A stretch of 64,000 nucleotides of DNA. It comes from Dehalococcoidia bacterium (lineage in GTDB: Bacteria > Chloroflexota > Dehalococcoidia > Bin125). Of this stretch, positions 38,752 to 48,818 are shown piece after piece; within the stretch, counting starts at the first letter, position 1, and each line of letters starts with the position of its first letter. The stretch is taken from positions 463,684 to 527,683 of the forward strand of contig OY760135.1 of assembly GCA_963663185.1 (NCBI GenBank), given 5' to 3'. The translations under genes and the position numbers were made by a program. The notes under the pieces are model-generated. The model was not told the origin of the DNA. It ran no database searches and saw only the letters and a program-made list of their open reading frames with translations.

Positions 38752-40226
38752 GAGTCAAGCAGCGGCGCGATCCTCGTGGCGTGAACGGTGACTCCAGGCG
38801 AGGACTTCGTCGTAGGGGGTCTGCGAGCGGAGGCACCCGTGCAGGTAGCCGACGAGGCGGTTCGCCAGGGCGCGGAGGGCCTGGTAGTGCGGGTCGCCGG
38901 CGGCGCGACGGCGGTCGTAGAAGTCGCGGCAACCGGGGCTCGCGCGCAACGAACACATCGCCCACTGCATGGTGGCGTCGCCGAGCCGCCGGTTGCGGAT
39001 GAAGCGCGCCCTCACGGTGCGCTTGCGGCCCGATGCTACGGTGAGGGGCGAGGTGCCGGCGTAGTTCCTGCGGGACTTCGCCGACTCATAGCGTTCGGGG
39101 TCGTCCCCGAACTCGCCAAGCACCCGGGCGCCGAGCACGACACCGAGACCGGGCATGGAACGGTAGATGTCGGCGTCCGGGTGCTGCTCAAAAGAGGCTG
39201 CCAGCTCGGCCTCGAGTTCGGCGATCTGTCCGTTGATCGCGTCGATCTGGGTCACGGTCGCCCTGGTCGTCGCGGCGAAGGCCTGGCTGACCGTGGCAGG
39301 CACCTCCAGCTGCTCGACTCGGAAGGCCTGACGGAGCTCGGCGGCGCGCTGCTCGACGTTACGCTGGCGGCCGCCGCGGCGCAGCGCCGAGCGCATCTGC
39401 GACGTGCTCAGCCGCGCCGCCTCGCGCGGCCCCGGTGCGGTCGCCAGCACCCCCACGGCGTCGCCGTGCGCCAGGCTGGGAAACGCTTGCAGGGCCCCGG
39501 GAAAGTACTCCCTGAGCGCGTTGCGGAGCCGGTTCGTCTGCCGGGTGCGGTCCCAGACGAGTTGTTGGTGGGCGCGGGCGAGGATACGCACGGCGGCCGC
39601 CTCGTCGCTGTCGCCGGCGACCTCGCGGTGGTTATGCCGGTCGGTCCGCACGAGGTCGGCGAGCAGCTTCGCGTCCCCGGCATCGGACTTGGCGCCACTG
39701 ACGTGGTGGCGGTCGCGGTAGCGCGACGCCGAGCGCGGGTTGATCGCGTAGACCCGGTAGCCGACCGCCACCAGGGCCATCACCCACGGGCCGCGGTCGG
39801 TCTCGATGCCGACGACCACCTCGTGCGGTCCCGAGGCGTGCCCGGCAACCAGTTCGTGCAGGGCGGTGATGCCCTCCACCCCTTCGGGCAGCCGCCGGGC
39901 GGCAAGCCGCTCGCCCGCTTCGTCCATGAGATGGACGTCGTGATGGTCCTCCGCCCAGTCATCACCCAAGTACAAGGCCATCGTGTTTCGGTTCCTCTCC
40001 AGTTCGCGCTTTCTGGTGCGACCCGGTGGGTTGGTTCCCGCGACGGCCTAATGAATCGGTGCTCTTGGGCACGACACCCCATCAGTGCTGCAGAACAACC
40101 CAGACATGCCGGCAAGGGCTCAGTCTTTCTTCAGCGGTCACACGCCGCAGGAACCGAGAGAGCTCACCGGCCAGCAGGGTCCAGGACCAGTCTGCCAGAG
40201 GTCCTCCGGCGACTGATCTGACCCCA
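38752..40226 (-). mobile_element. IS110-family insertion sequence (extent approximate)
   Basis: About 1.47 kb between the two TolB-like fragments, fully occupied by an IS110 transposase gene. IS110 elements lack obvious TIRs, so boundaries are inferred from flanking gene fragments. Confidence 0.6.
38755..39981 (-). CDS. IS110-family transposase (DEDD N-terminal domain plus Transposase_20 C-terminal domain)
   Basis: N-terminus MALYLGDDWAEDHHDVHLMDEAGERL matches the IS110 family (GIDWAxxHHDVALmD). 408 aa. Confidence 0.8.
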   Translation of the reverse strand: MALYLGDDWAEDHHDVHLMDEAGERLAARRLPEGVEGITALHELVAGHASGPHEVVVGIETDRGPWVMALVAVGYRVYAINPRSASRYRDRHHVSGAKSDAGDAKLLADLVRTDRHNHREVAGDSDEAAAVRILARAHQQLVWDRTRQTNRLRNALREYFPGALQAFPSLAHGDAVGVLATAPGPREAARLSTSQMRSALRRGGRQRNVEQRAAELRQAFRVEQLEVPATVSQAFAATTRATVTQIDAINGQIAELEAELAASFEQHPDADIYRSMPGLGVVLGARVLGEFGDDPERYESAKSRRNYAGTSPLTVASGRKRTVRARFIRNRRLGDATMQWAMCSLRASPGCRDFYDRRRAAGDPHYQALRALANRLVGYLHGCLRSQTPYDEVLAWSHRSRHEDRAAA

Positions 40227-41630
40227 TTAGAAGCCGTATTCACCGTGCCCTTCACCAGGTAGATAGAGACTCAGCAGGCGTCGCGAGTCGGGCGACCAGG
40301 ACAACGACGGGTCTGCCGGGTGATGCGTGAAGTAATAGGCGCCGGCATCGGGGAAGGTGATGGGCTCACCGCCGTCGACAGGGGTGATCGTGATGTCTCG
40401 GGAGAGGTCGCCGCTCTCATAGTCAGGCCGCGTGCCGCTGGCGGCGTAGCGACCATCCGGCGAGAAGACGACCCACTGCGAAGGCGCGAAGGCGATTGGC
40501 TCGGCATCCTCGAGCGGATTCCATCGCACCAGATCGTCGAGCTGCCCGACGATGCTGCCGTCGTCGCGCCATTGCCAGCGCCAGAGTTTGTCTGTGCGGC
40601 GAACCTCGCGGCTGCGCGCGCCGCGGGTTGGCGTCGCAATCACTTCGGTATCGCCGCTGAGCATGTACGGCAGCGATTCGGGATCGACGTTCAGTTCCAC
40701 CTCCGAGAGGCGCACCCAACCGACCGGTGGTTGCAAGTCGTTGAGCACGATCGCCAGCCATTCGCCATCGAGCGAGCGACCGAGTACGCCGTAGGTATGC
40801 GGATCCTGGTAGTCCCCATAGGTGTGGTATCCGCTCTCGCGCTTGCCGGGCCGCAGGAAGATGACGGGACTGCCAGTGCTGATCTCTGCCGTGACCCGAG
40901 TCTGGTCGCTCGGCGGATACCAGACGCCCCAGACCGTACCGGTGTAGACAGACAACGATCCTGAACCTCGGTTGATGTCCAGATCGTTCGCATCGGCCCA
41001 CAGCGCGTATTCGTTGTTCGGTAGCAGGATGGCGATCTGCCTCCCATCTTCCGACATTCCCAGCAGCCTGACGCGGATCGGCTCGGCGCCTGGCACGATC
41101 AGATCGCCCATCGGCAGCAGGTTGGGGTCTAGCATCGGCAAGGTCATGGCGTCATCGAGGGTCAAGGGCGTATCGGCCAGACGGACCCAACCATCCAGAT
41201 CGCCGTTCAGGTCCAGGTGCAGCCACAGCTCGCCGCTGTCGAGCTGGGTCCATCCGTCGCCCAGTAACAGGGTCCGCTCACGGAAATCCACGAACGGCAG
41301 GATGTCGTCGCGCGGTCTGTGATAGACGCTGAGCTTCTCGGTCAACCTGAGGAGCAAGTACGGATTGGATTCCGCTTCTGGAACGTCATCGCTCGGCCCC
41401 ACCGCAGCCGATTCGTCAGCTGGCTCAGCTGGTGACGCGGGCGCGGATTGCGGCGCATTCGATCGTTGCCCTGCGGGCTCCTCGGAGAGCGTGGTCTGGG
41501 ACTCTGACCGAGAGGGCTCGGTTTGGAGCGGCACCTGGACAGAGGGCACTGCGTCGTTCGAGCACGCGACCACGGCGGCCAGGGCGAACGATCCCAGCAG
41601 TACGAGTGAAACGACGAGCGCGTTGGACAT
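40227..41630 (-). pseudogene. N-terminal part of a TolB-like beta-propeller lipoprotein (interrupted by IS110)
   Basis: Lipoprotein signal MSNALVVSLVLLGSFALAAVVACS. PD40 repeats FSPDGRYAAS, WSPDSRRLLS. Ends about 250 bp from the IS110 transposase start. Confidence 0.55.
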
Positions 41631-41730
41631 ATCAATCAGACGCTTCCGAGCGAGGCCATGTTCCGCTCCAGGGTCCGCTCGAGGGTCCGCTCAAGCCGAA
41701 GCTGGCATGTGACAGACGAGCGGGCGAGGG

Positions 41731-42852
41731 TTAGAAGGCGGCTGCCAGGCTGCGGCGAGCGCGGTCGATCAGGAAGAGGAAGACGGGCGTGCCGATCAGC
41801 GCGGTGAGCACGCCGAGCGGCATCTCGGCCGGCGAGGCGATCGTGCGCGAGCCAAGATCCGCGCCGAGTAACAGGATCGCGCCCGCCATCGCGCTCGCCG
41901 GCATGAGGCGGCGATGATCGGGTCCAACCGCGAGGCGCACCATGTGCGGCGCGATCAGTCCGATGAATCCGACGATGCCGGCTACGGCGACGCCGGCTCC
42001 GGTCGCCAGCGCGGCCGCCGTGACGATGAGCAGCTGCGTCCGCTGTACGCGAACGCCCAGATGCCGCGCCTCGGCGTCACCCAATGTCAGCAGGTTGAGT
42101 GATCCTGCCTGGCGGATCAGGATCACGATCGCGATCAGGATCAGCGGCCCGGCGGAATAGACGAACTCCCAGCGCGAACCGGCCAGGCTGCCCAGCATCC
42201 AGAACACGATGTCGCGCAACTCCACATCGTCGGAGAAGGAGAGGATGAAGCTGATCGCCGCGCCGAGCAGCGCGTTGACGGCGATGCCGACCAGCAGCAT
42301 CGTCGCCATCTGCGCTCGACCGCCGCGCCGAGCGAATCCGTAGATCAGAAAGGTGAGGCTGAGTCCGCCGATGAAGGCGGCCAACGGTTGCACGAACAGT
42401 CCCAGAGTCGACAGTCCCAACACCACCGACAGCGCGACTGCGAAGGCGGCGCCGCTGGAGACGCCGATCAGGCCGGGATCGGCGAGGGGATTGCGGAACA
42501 GGCCCTGTAGCGCGGCTCCTGAAACGCCGAGTCCTGCTCCGACCAACGCAGCCATCGCCATGCGCGGCACGCGAATGACCCAGACGACTGCTTCCTCGCG
42601 CGAGGTGTACTCGATCCCGAGGCTGATTCCGATTTTGTCAAAGAGCAGTCCGATGATGCGCACGACTTCGACGTCGAACGCGCCCAGGATCAGATTGACG
42701 AGGATCAGGCTGAGCAGGCCGGCGACGAGCAACACCCAGACCAGAGGTCCGAGCACGCGCGGCAATGCGAGGTCGGCGGCGCTGGCCAGTTCGGGGCGCC
42801 GTTCCCGCAGCTGCGCCAAGGGACCCTGAGCGCCTTGCGAGCCTTGCGACAT
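41731..42852 (-). CDS. Iron-siderophore/cobalamin ABC transporter permease (FecCD family)
   Basis: Multiple TM segments and FecCD signature LGVSGAALQGLFRNPLADPGLIGVSSGA. 373 aa. Confidence 0.8.
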   Translation of the reverse strand: MSQGSQGAQGPLAQLRERRPELASAADLALPRVLGPLVWVLLVAGLLSLILVNLILGAFDVEVVRIIGLLFDKIGISLGIEYTSREEAVVWVIRVPRMAMAALVGAGLGVSGAALQGLFRNPLADPGLIGVSSGAAFAVALSVVLGLSTLGLFVQPLAAFIGGLSLTFLIYGFARRGGRAQMATMLLVGIAVNALLGAAISFILSFSDDVELRDIVFWMLGSLAGSRWEFVYSAGPLILIAIVILIRQAGSLNLLTLGDAEARHLGVRVQRTQLLIVTAAALATGAGVAVAGIVGFIGLIAPHMVRLAVGPDHRRLMPASAMAGAILLLGADLGSRTIASPAEMPLGVLTALIGTPVFLFLIDRARRSLAAAF

Positions 42853-42854
42853 GT

Positions 42855-44087
42855 CTACCCGCTTTGCCTGTCAGCCTGGTCGACTTGATCCACCTGATCA
42901 GCCTGAATGGAGCGCAGATACTCGGTCAGGTCGGCGATCGCTTCCGGCAGACGCGGTCCGAATCCCAACAGGTACAGATCCGGCATCGAGATGACGTGCT
43001 GAGCTTGTCCTGCTTTGGTCTCCGCCATGCCAGGAATGTCCCAGAGCGCGTCAATGCCGCCGATCACACGCAGTCCGAGGTCCATGACGAGGTAGACATC
43101 CGGATCAGCGGCAACCAGCGCCTCGGGTGTGAGCGGTTGCCATCCGGAGATACCGACCGCCGCGGCCGCGTCGACGCCGCCGGCGGCCTCGATAATCGCC
43201 TGAGCGCGGTTGCCCTCGCCGGAAACGAGCTGCAGCCCGCCTCGACGGATGTACACGTGCAACACGCGCAGCGGTTGCTCAATGTCAGCGGCCGCGGCCA
43301 TGACGCCCTCGAGACGTTGCGCGACGTCTTGCGCCAAGGCCTCTGCGGCCTGCGGGATGCCGAGCGCCTCACCGATGAAGCGAATCTTGATTTGCGGCGC
43401 ATCCAGTCCCTTCAGGTCGTCGACGATCAGCAGCTCGACGCCGGCGTCGCGCAACTGCTCCAGCACGCCGGGCGGACCGGCCATCGGCGTGCCGATCACG
43501 AGGCTGGGATCCAATGCCAGGATGGCCTCGGCGTTGAGGCTGCCGGCGAAGCCCAGATTGGGTAATGCTTCCGCAGCCGGCGGATACACAGAGCTGGTAT
43601 CTCGACCGACGAGGTAGTCCTCAACGCCCAACGCGTAGATGATCTCGGTCAGGTCGCCGAACAGGCTGATCAGGCGCGTGCCCGCTGGTACGGACTCCGC
43701 TGTTGTCTGCTGCTGAGCAGATGTCTCGCCGGTTTGCGCGTTGGGCTGGTCAGACCCCGCCTGCGAGGATGCGCCAGAGGACGACTCGGTCGCCTGTGCG
43801 GTCGATGGCGACGTCTCAGCCTGTGCGGTCCGTTCTGACTGTTCTGGTTGAGCTCGCTGAGCAGTCTGGGCGGTCTGGTTGGGGCGCTCTCGCTCGGTGG
43901 GCTGCGGCGCGGCAGCCTGCCCTGCCTGGTCTGCCGACGTCTGCATCGGCGCGTCCTCGCCGCAAGCCGCCGTCCACACTGCGCTCAGCCCGACGCTCAA
44001 GAGCAGCAGAGCCAGTCCGATTGACACGGTCGCGCGCTGGCTATGGCTACGGACTCGAAGCATCAAGACGGTCCTTCGCGGCGACAT
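42855..44087 (-). CDS. ABC transporter periplasmic substrate-binding lipoprotein (Peripla_BP_2; Fe3+-siderophore/B12 type)
   Basis: Lipobox AAC after TM stretch, low-complexity Q/A/E/T-rich linker, then RLISLFGDLTEIIYALGVEDYLVGRD typical of FecB/BtuF-like binding proteins. Confidence 0.7.
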   Translation of the reverse strand: MSPRRTVLMLRVRSHSQRATVSIGLALLLLSVGLSAVWTAACGEDAPMQTSADQAGQAAAPQPTERERPNQTAQTAQRAQPEQSERTAQAETSPSTAQATESSSGASSQAGSDQPNAQTGETSAQQQTTAESVPAGTRLISLFGDLTEIIYALGVEDYLVGRDTSSVYPPAAEALPNLGFAGSLNAEAILALDPSLVIGTPMAGPPGVLEQLRDAGVELLIVDDLKGLDAPQIKIRFIGEALGIPQAAEALAQDVAQRLEGVMAAAADIEQPLRVLHVYIRRGGLQLVSGEGNRAQAIIEAAGGVDAAAAVGISGWQPLTPEALVAADPDVYLVMDLGLRVIGGIDALWDIPGMAETKAGQAQHVISMPDLYLLGFGPRLPEAIADLTEYLRSIQADQVDQVDQADRQSG

Positions 44088-44218
44088 TCACTCAGCGACA
44101 CATGCAGCAACATGAGATTGAGGGGCGTCTGTTCTGGTATATCACCACCGCTGGCGCATGTTCAGAATCGGCGGCCGTCAACGCGTTCCACTTCGGAGTG
44201 CGGCAGCTCGTCGATTGC

Positions 44219-45715
44219 CTATTGGTCGGCGGCTGCCTGCGCGGGAGCTTGCCAACGCAGCAGCGGGCGGCGGGCGGCAGTCGTCTCGTCAAGGCGACCG
44301 ATCGGCGCGCTCCACGGCGCACCGCGCAACGCGTCAGGATCCACCGCGGCCTCCTCAGCGATTGCGATTAACGCATCGGCAAGCGCCTCGATCGTTTCAG
44401 GCGGTTCCGTCTCCGTCGGTTCGATCATGAGCGCTTCTTCGACGATCAGCGGGAAGTAGACCGTCGGCGGATGAACGCCGTGGTCGATCAGTCGCTTGGC
44501 GATGTCGTACGTTCGGACGCCGTGTTGACGACGCTGTCGCGACCCGGAGAAGACGACTTCGTGCAGCACGGGACGGTCGTATGGGAGATCGTAATGTCCG
44601 TGCAGCAGGCAGCGTAGATAGTTGGCGTTCAATACCGCCTGTCCGGACACTGCTCGGAGACCGTCCAGTCCTAACGATCTCATGTAGGCGTAGGCGCGCA
44701 GCAGCACGCCGACATTGCCGTGAAACTGTTGCAGCCGCCCGATGCTGTGCTCTGGCGCGACGAGTCGGACATCTCCGTATTCGTCCTCTTCAAGGACCGG
44801 AGTCGGCAGGTATGGGGCGAGCTCCTCAGAGCAGCAGACCGGTCCGGCGCCGGGGCCGCCGCCGCCGTGCGGTGTGCTGAAGCTTTTATGTAGGTTCAGG
44901 TGCGCGACATCAAAACCGAGATCGCCGTAGCGCACCCGACCGACGATCGCGTTCAGGTTGGCGCCGTCTGCATAGAGATAGGCGCCCGCCTCGTGGATTC
45001 GCTTCGCGACCTGCTCAATCCCGCGCTCCCAGAGCCCGAGCGTATTGGGCACGGTGACCATGACCGCCGCGACCGTCTCGTCCAACTCACGTTCGATCGT
45101 GCGACGGTCGAGCGATCCGTCGGCGGCGGTCGGGATCTGCGTGACGGTGTAGCCGGCCATCGCCGCAGTGGCTGGATTGGTGCCGTGCGCCGAATCGGGG
45201 ACGAGCACGCGACGGCGCGGGGCGCCGTCGCCTCGCGCGTCGAGTGCAGCGCTGATCATCAGCACGCCAGCGAGTTCGCCTTGCGCGCCGGCGGCCGGCG
45301 CGAGACTGACTGCTGGCAGGCCCGTCAGCTCGGCGAGGCCCTGGCGAAGCTCGAACAGCGTGCGCAGCGTCCCCTGCGCGTCCTCTGCTCCAGCCTGTGG
45401 ATGCGCCTCGGCGAAGCCGGGCAGCGACGCGATGAGCTCATTCAGCTTGGGGTTGTACTTCATCGTGCAGGAGCCCAGCGGATAGGCACCGGAATCGATG
45501 CCGTAGTTGCGCCTCGAGAGCGACGTATAGTACCGCGCCAACTCGCCCTGGCTCAGCTCCGGCAACGACAGGCTGTTGCGCAAGAGGCGGGAGTCCGGCA
45601 GCGGCGTCTCGTCTCCGCGCCAGGTCGGGACGTCGACCGCGCGTCGACCGGACGCTCCGCGATCCCAGCTCAGACGAGCGCCGAAGTCTTCGTTGGCGAG
45701 TGGTTGCGCACTCAC
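44219..45715 (-). CDS. gcvPB: Glycine dehydrogenase (decarboxylating) subunit 2
   Basis: GSCTMKYNPK, the PLP-lysine region and 498-aa size match the GcvPB consensus. Start overlaps the gcvPA stop. Confidence 0.85.
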   Translation of the reverse strand: MSAQPLANEDFGARLSWDRGASGRRAVDVPTWRGDETPLPDSRLLRNSLSLPELSQGELARYYTSLSRRNYGIDSGAYPLGSCTMKYNPKLNELIASLPGFAEAHPQAGAEDAQGTLRTLFELRQGLAELTGLPAVSLAPAAGAQGELAGVLMISAALDARGDGAPRRRVLVPDSAHGTNPATAAMAGYTVTQIPTAADGSLDRRTIERELDETVAAVMVTVPNTLGLWERGIEQVAKRIHEAGAYLYADGANLNAIVGRVRYGDLGFDVAHLNLHKSFSTPHGGGGPGAGPVCCSEELAPYLPTPVLEEDEYGDVRLVAPEHSIGRLQQFHGNVGVLLRAYAYMRSLGLDGLRAVSGQAVLNANYLRCLLHGHYDLPYDRPVLHEVVFSGSRQRRQHGVRTYDIAKRLIDHGVHPPTVYFPLIVEEALMIEPTETEPPETIEALADALIAIAEEAAVDPDALRGAPWSAPIGRLDETTAARRPLLRWQAPAQAAADQ

Positions 45716-47079
45716 GCTCTGTCTCCGATGTCAGACAGTGCCCGCACGAGGTCGTCAATGTGCGCGTCGGGCGTGGCCTCCGTGACCGCGAACAGCAGCG
45801 CGTCGCGCGCCTCAGGCTCCGCTCGCGACGAGACATCGAGCCCGGCGGCGATCCCGCGCAGGGCGAGTTGAAACGCGAGCTGCGGCGCGGGCATCGGTCC
45901 GCGCACGAGGAACTCCTGGAACCACGGGCCCCGATCGGGCGCCTCGTAGCCGGGCAACGCGGCGATCCGTCGCGCGGCGTCGTGAGCGCGTTGATAGCAA
46001 AGCTCGGCCGACTCGCGGAGACCTTGCGGACCCAGCGCCTGTACCGCGATCGTGAACGCGAGCGCCACCAGCGACTGCGCGGTCGAGACGTTCGATGTGG
46101 CGCGTTCGCGTCGGATGAACTGTTCCCGCGCTTGCAGCGTGAGCACATAACCGGTGCGCGGATCGACGCCGTCAGCAGGAGATCGCAGCTCGTGCGTCCG
46201 ACCGACGATGCGGCCTGGCATCTGCCGCAGAAACTGCGATCGCGCCGCAAAGAGTCCCAGCGATGGCCCTCCATAAGCCGGCGATCCCGCCAGGTCGCGG
46301 CCTTCGCCGGTGACGATGTCGGCGCCTGCATCGCCCGGCGGACGCAGCAACCCTAATGCGAATGGATCAGCGACCGCCACCAACAGCGCGCCTTGCGCGT
46401 GCGCCGCCTCCGCGAGCGGCTCGAGATCGACGATGGCTCCCAGATAATCCGGCTGTTGGACGACCAGACAGGCGTGCGCCTCGTGCATTGCCACGGGCGA
46501 GTCGATCTGGTCCACGCGCAACTCAGCGCCGCGAGCGTAGGTGCGGACGACATCGGCGGTGTGAGGATGAATCGGCTCCAGCAGGGCGACGGCTCGGCGT
46601 TTCGTCACTCGCGCGGCCAACAGACAGGCCTCAGCGGTGGCGCTGCCCACGTCGTAGAGCCCGGTGTTCGAGACGTCCATGCCGGTCAGTTCGCAGACGA
46701 CTGACTGGTACTCGAATCCGCTCTGCAGCGTGCCCTGGCTGATCTCAGGCTGGTACGGCGTATAGGCGGTGGCGAATTCGGAGCGGCTGGTGAGATAGGA
46801 CACGATCGACGGTACCGAGCGGCGGTAGGCGCCCGCGCCGAGGAAGCTCGGCGTGGACGGTTGGACGTTGGCCGCGGCGCGTTGCGTGAGCAGCGCGATC
46901 AGCTCGGGCTCGGTCAGCGCCGCAGGTAGATCGATCTCGGGATCGCGCCAGGCGGCGGGCAGATCGGCGAACAGCGACTCCAGATCGGCGACGCCGACTC
47001 GCGCCAGCATCAGCTCTCGATCGGCCTCCGTGGCGGGAATGTACGGGTGCGGCGAGCCGGACCGTGAGGGCGTCGTCAC
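45712..47079 (-). CDS. gcvPA: Glycine dehydrogenase (decarboxylating) subunit 1
   Basis: 455 aa, between gcvH and gcvPB with overlapping stop/start; N-terminal glycine-cleavage P-protein features. Confidence 0.8.
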   Translation of the reverse strand: MTTPSRSGSPHPYIPATEADRELMLARVGVADLESLFADLPAAWRDPEIDLPAALTEPELIALLTQRAAANVQPSTPSFLGAGAYRRSVPSIVSYLTSRSEFATAYTPYQPEISQGTLQSGFEYQSVVCELTGMDVSNTGLYDVGSATAEACLLAARVTKRRAVALLEPIHPHTADVVRTYARGAELRVDQIDSPVAMHEAHACLVVQQPDYLGAIVDLEPLAEAAHAQGALLVAVADPFALGLLRPPGDAGADIVTGEGRDLAGSPAYGGPSLGLFAARSQFLRQMPGRIVGRTHELRSPADGVDPRTGYVLTLQAREQFIRRERATSNVSTAQSLVALAFTIAVQALGPQGLRESAELCYQRAHDAARRIAALPGYEAPDRGPWFQEFLVRGPMPAPQLAFQLALRGIAAGLDVSSRAEPEARDALLFAVTEATPDAHIDDLVRALSDIGDRA

Positions 47080-47480
47080 CGCTCGTCCTCCACAATCAGT
47101 TCGCGATACGCGTGAACGTTGAGCAAACCGTCAAGCTCCGCAGGCCGCGACATCCGCACGCGGACGATCCAACCGTCGTCGTAGGGCGATTCGTTGACGA
47201 GCTCAGGGCGTTCCTCAAGCTCCGCGTTGACGGCGATCAACTCACCGCCAATGGGGGCGAACAATTCGGCGACCGTCTTGGCGGACTCAATCTCGCCGAA
47301 TGGCTCGCCTGCGGTCAACGCGCTGCCGGCCGCAGGCAACTCGAGATAGACCACATCGCCGACCTGCTCCTGGGCGAAGTCCGTGATGCCGATCGTGACC
47401 TCGTCGGGACGCTCATCGTCGCGCTGCAGCCACTCGTGATCGGTTGTGTAGAGCAGGTGCTCAGGTGTCTCGTAACTCAT
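47076..47480 (-). CDS. gcvH: Glycine cleavage system H protein (lipoyl carrier)
   Basis: 134 aa; lipoyl-lysine motif region GEPFGEIESAKTVAELFAPIGGELIAVN. Confidence 0.85.
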   Translation of the reverse strand: MSYETPEHLLYTTDHEWLQRDDERPDEVTIGITDFAQEQVGDVVYLELPAAGSALTAGEPFGEIESAKTVAELFAPIGGELIAVNAELEERPELVNESPYDDGWIVRVRMSRPAELDGLLNVHAYRELIVEDER

Positions 47481-47504
47481 CGTGCTCTGACCTCCGAATC
47501 CGAC

Positions 47505-48602
47505 TCATCCGGTTGGTTTGCGGTAGAACGGACGGCGCACGACCTCAACGGGGAGGGCGCGTCCGCGCACATCAACTTCCAACATGACGCCAGGCTTGGC
47601 CAGCGTAGCCGGGAGATAGGCCATGCCGATTCCGAGCCTGAGGCTCGGGCTGTGACCGCCGCTGGTAAGTTGCGACAGCGACACGTCGGCGCCTGGCTCG
47701 CGCACCTCGTAACCGCGTCTGAGCACGCCGCGGGCGCGCGCCGACAGATGCGCCACGCATCCGTACGAAGCCGGACGCGACTTCGCCTCGACCAGCGCCT
47801 CGCGTCCAGTGAACGGCGCCCCATCATCGAGGCTGACGGCAAAGCCGAGTCCGGCTTCGTACGGATGCGTGGTCGGATCAATGTCGTTGCCGTGCAGCGG
47901 CAACGCCGCCTCGAGCCGCAGCGTATCGCGCGCGCCGAGCCCGGCCGGCGTCGCGCCGCCCGCGAGCAAGGCGTCCCAGAGCGCCTCAGCGTGTTCAATG
48001 CCGATGACGCACTCGCCGCCGTCCTCGCCGGTGTAGCCCGTCCGAGCTACCAGGACGCGCGTGTCGCGCCAGGCGAGCTCGACACAGCCGCGAGGCTGCA
48101 AGGTCGTCACCGCCTCGCCGAGGACGCGGTTGAGCAATTCGATCGCTTGCGGACCCTGTACCGCCAGCAACACCGTTTCGGCGGTCACGTCAGCGGCGTC
48201 CTGACCCGCAACCGCGCGCAGGCGCTCGAGGTCGCGTTCCGCGTTTGCGGCGTTGTGAATGACCAGCCAGCGTTGATCCGGCAGGTGATAGATGAAGACA
48301 TCGTCCTCGATGCCGCCAGCCGCATTGCAGTAGAGGGAGTAGTGCGCGGCCCCTTCTGGCAGTGAGGTCACGTCGTATGTCGTGACTGAGCGCAGCCGCG
48401 CAGCCGCCTCTGGGCCGCGCAGCCAGACGCGGGCCAGGTGTGAGACATCGAAGAGGCCGACTCGCTCGCGCACGGCGCGGTGCTCGCTGACGATGCCCTC
48501 ATACTGGAGCGGCATCTCCCATCCGGCAAAGGGCGCAAAGCGCGCGCCGCGCGCCAGATGACGCTCGCGCAACGCCAACTGCGTCAGCACGACATCCCGC
48601 AT
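47505..48602 (-). CDS. gcvT: Aminomethyltransferase (glycine cleavage T protein)
   Basis: 365 aa; GcvT-like N-terminus (ARFAPFAGWEMPLQYEGIVSEHRAVRERVGLFDVSHL). First gene of the gcvT-H-PA-PB operon. Confidence 0.85.
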   Translation of the reverse strand: MRDVVLTQLALRERHLARGARFAPFAGWEMPLQYEGIVSEHRAVRERVGLFDVSHLARVWLRGPEAAARLRSVTTYDVTSLPEGAAHYSLYCNAAGGIEDDVFIYHLPDQRWLVIHNAANAERDLERLRAVAGQDAADVTAETVLLAVQGPQAIELLNRVLGEAVTTLQPRGCVELAWRDTRVLVARTGYTGEDGGECVIGIEHAEALWDALLAGGATPAGLGARDTLRLEAALPLHGNDIDPTTHPYEAGLGFAVSLDDGAPFTGREALVEAKSRPASYGCVAHLSARARGVLRRGYEVREPGADVSLSQLTSGGHSPSLRLGIGMAYLPATLAKPGVMLEVDVRGRALPVEVVRRPFYRKPTG

Positions 48603-48818
48603 TCGGCCCGCATTCGGTCTGCCATACGCCTCAATGTATCGACTGCCAACGGGTCCTGGAGTCGCGGTCGCCGGCGGTCTGAATGGCAGATTGCATCGCG
48701 GTCAGCGCAGAGCGGCGCGGCACACGGTGGGCGGAGGGTTAGCATCTCTGATGAATGAGCGCGACCAGCGCTTGATCGTCTTGACCCAATAGTTGGTCAA
48801 GTAGAGGAGAGGTTCAGC

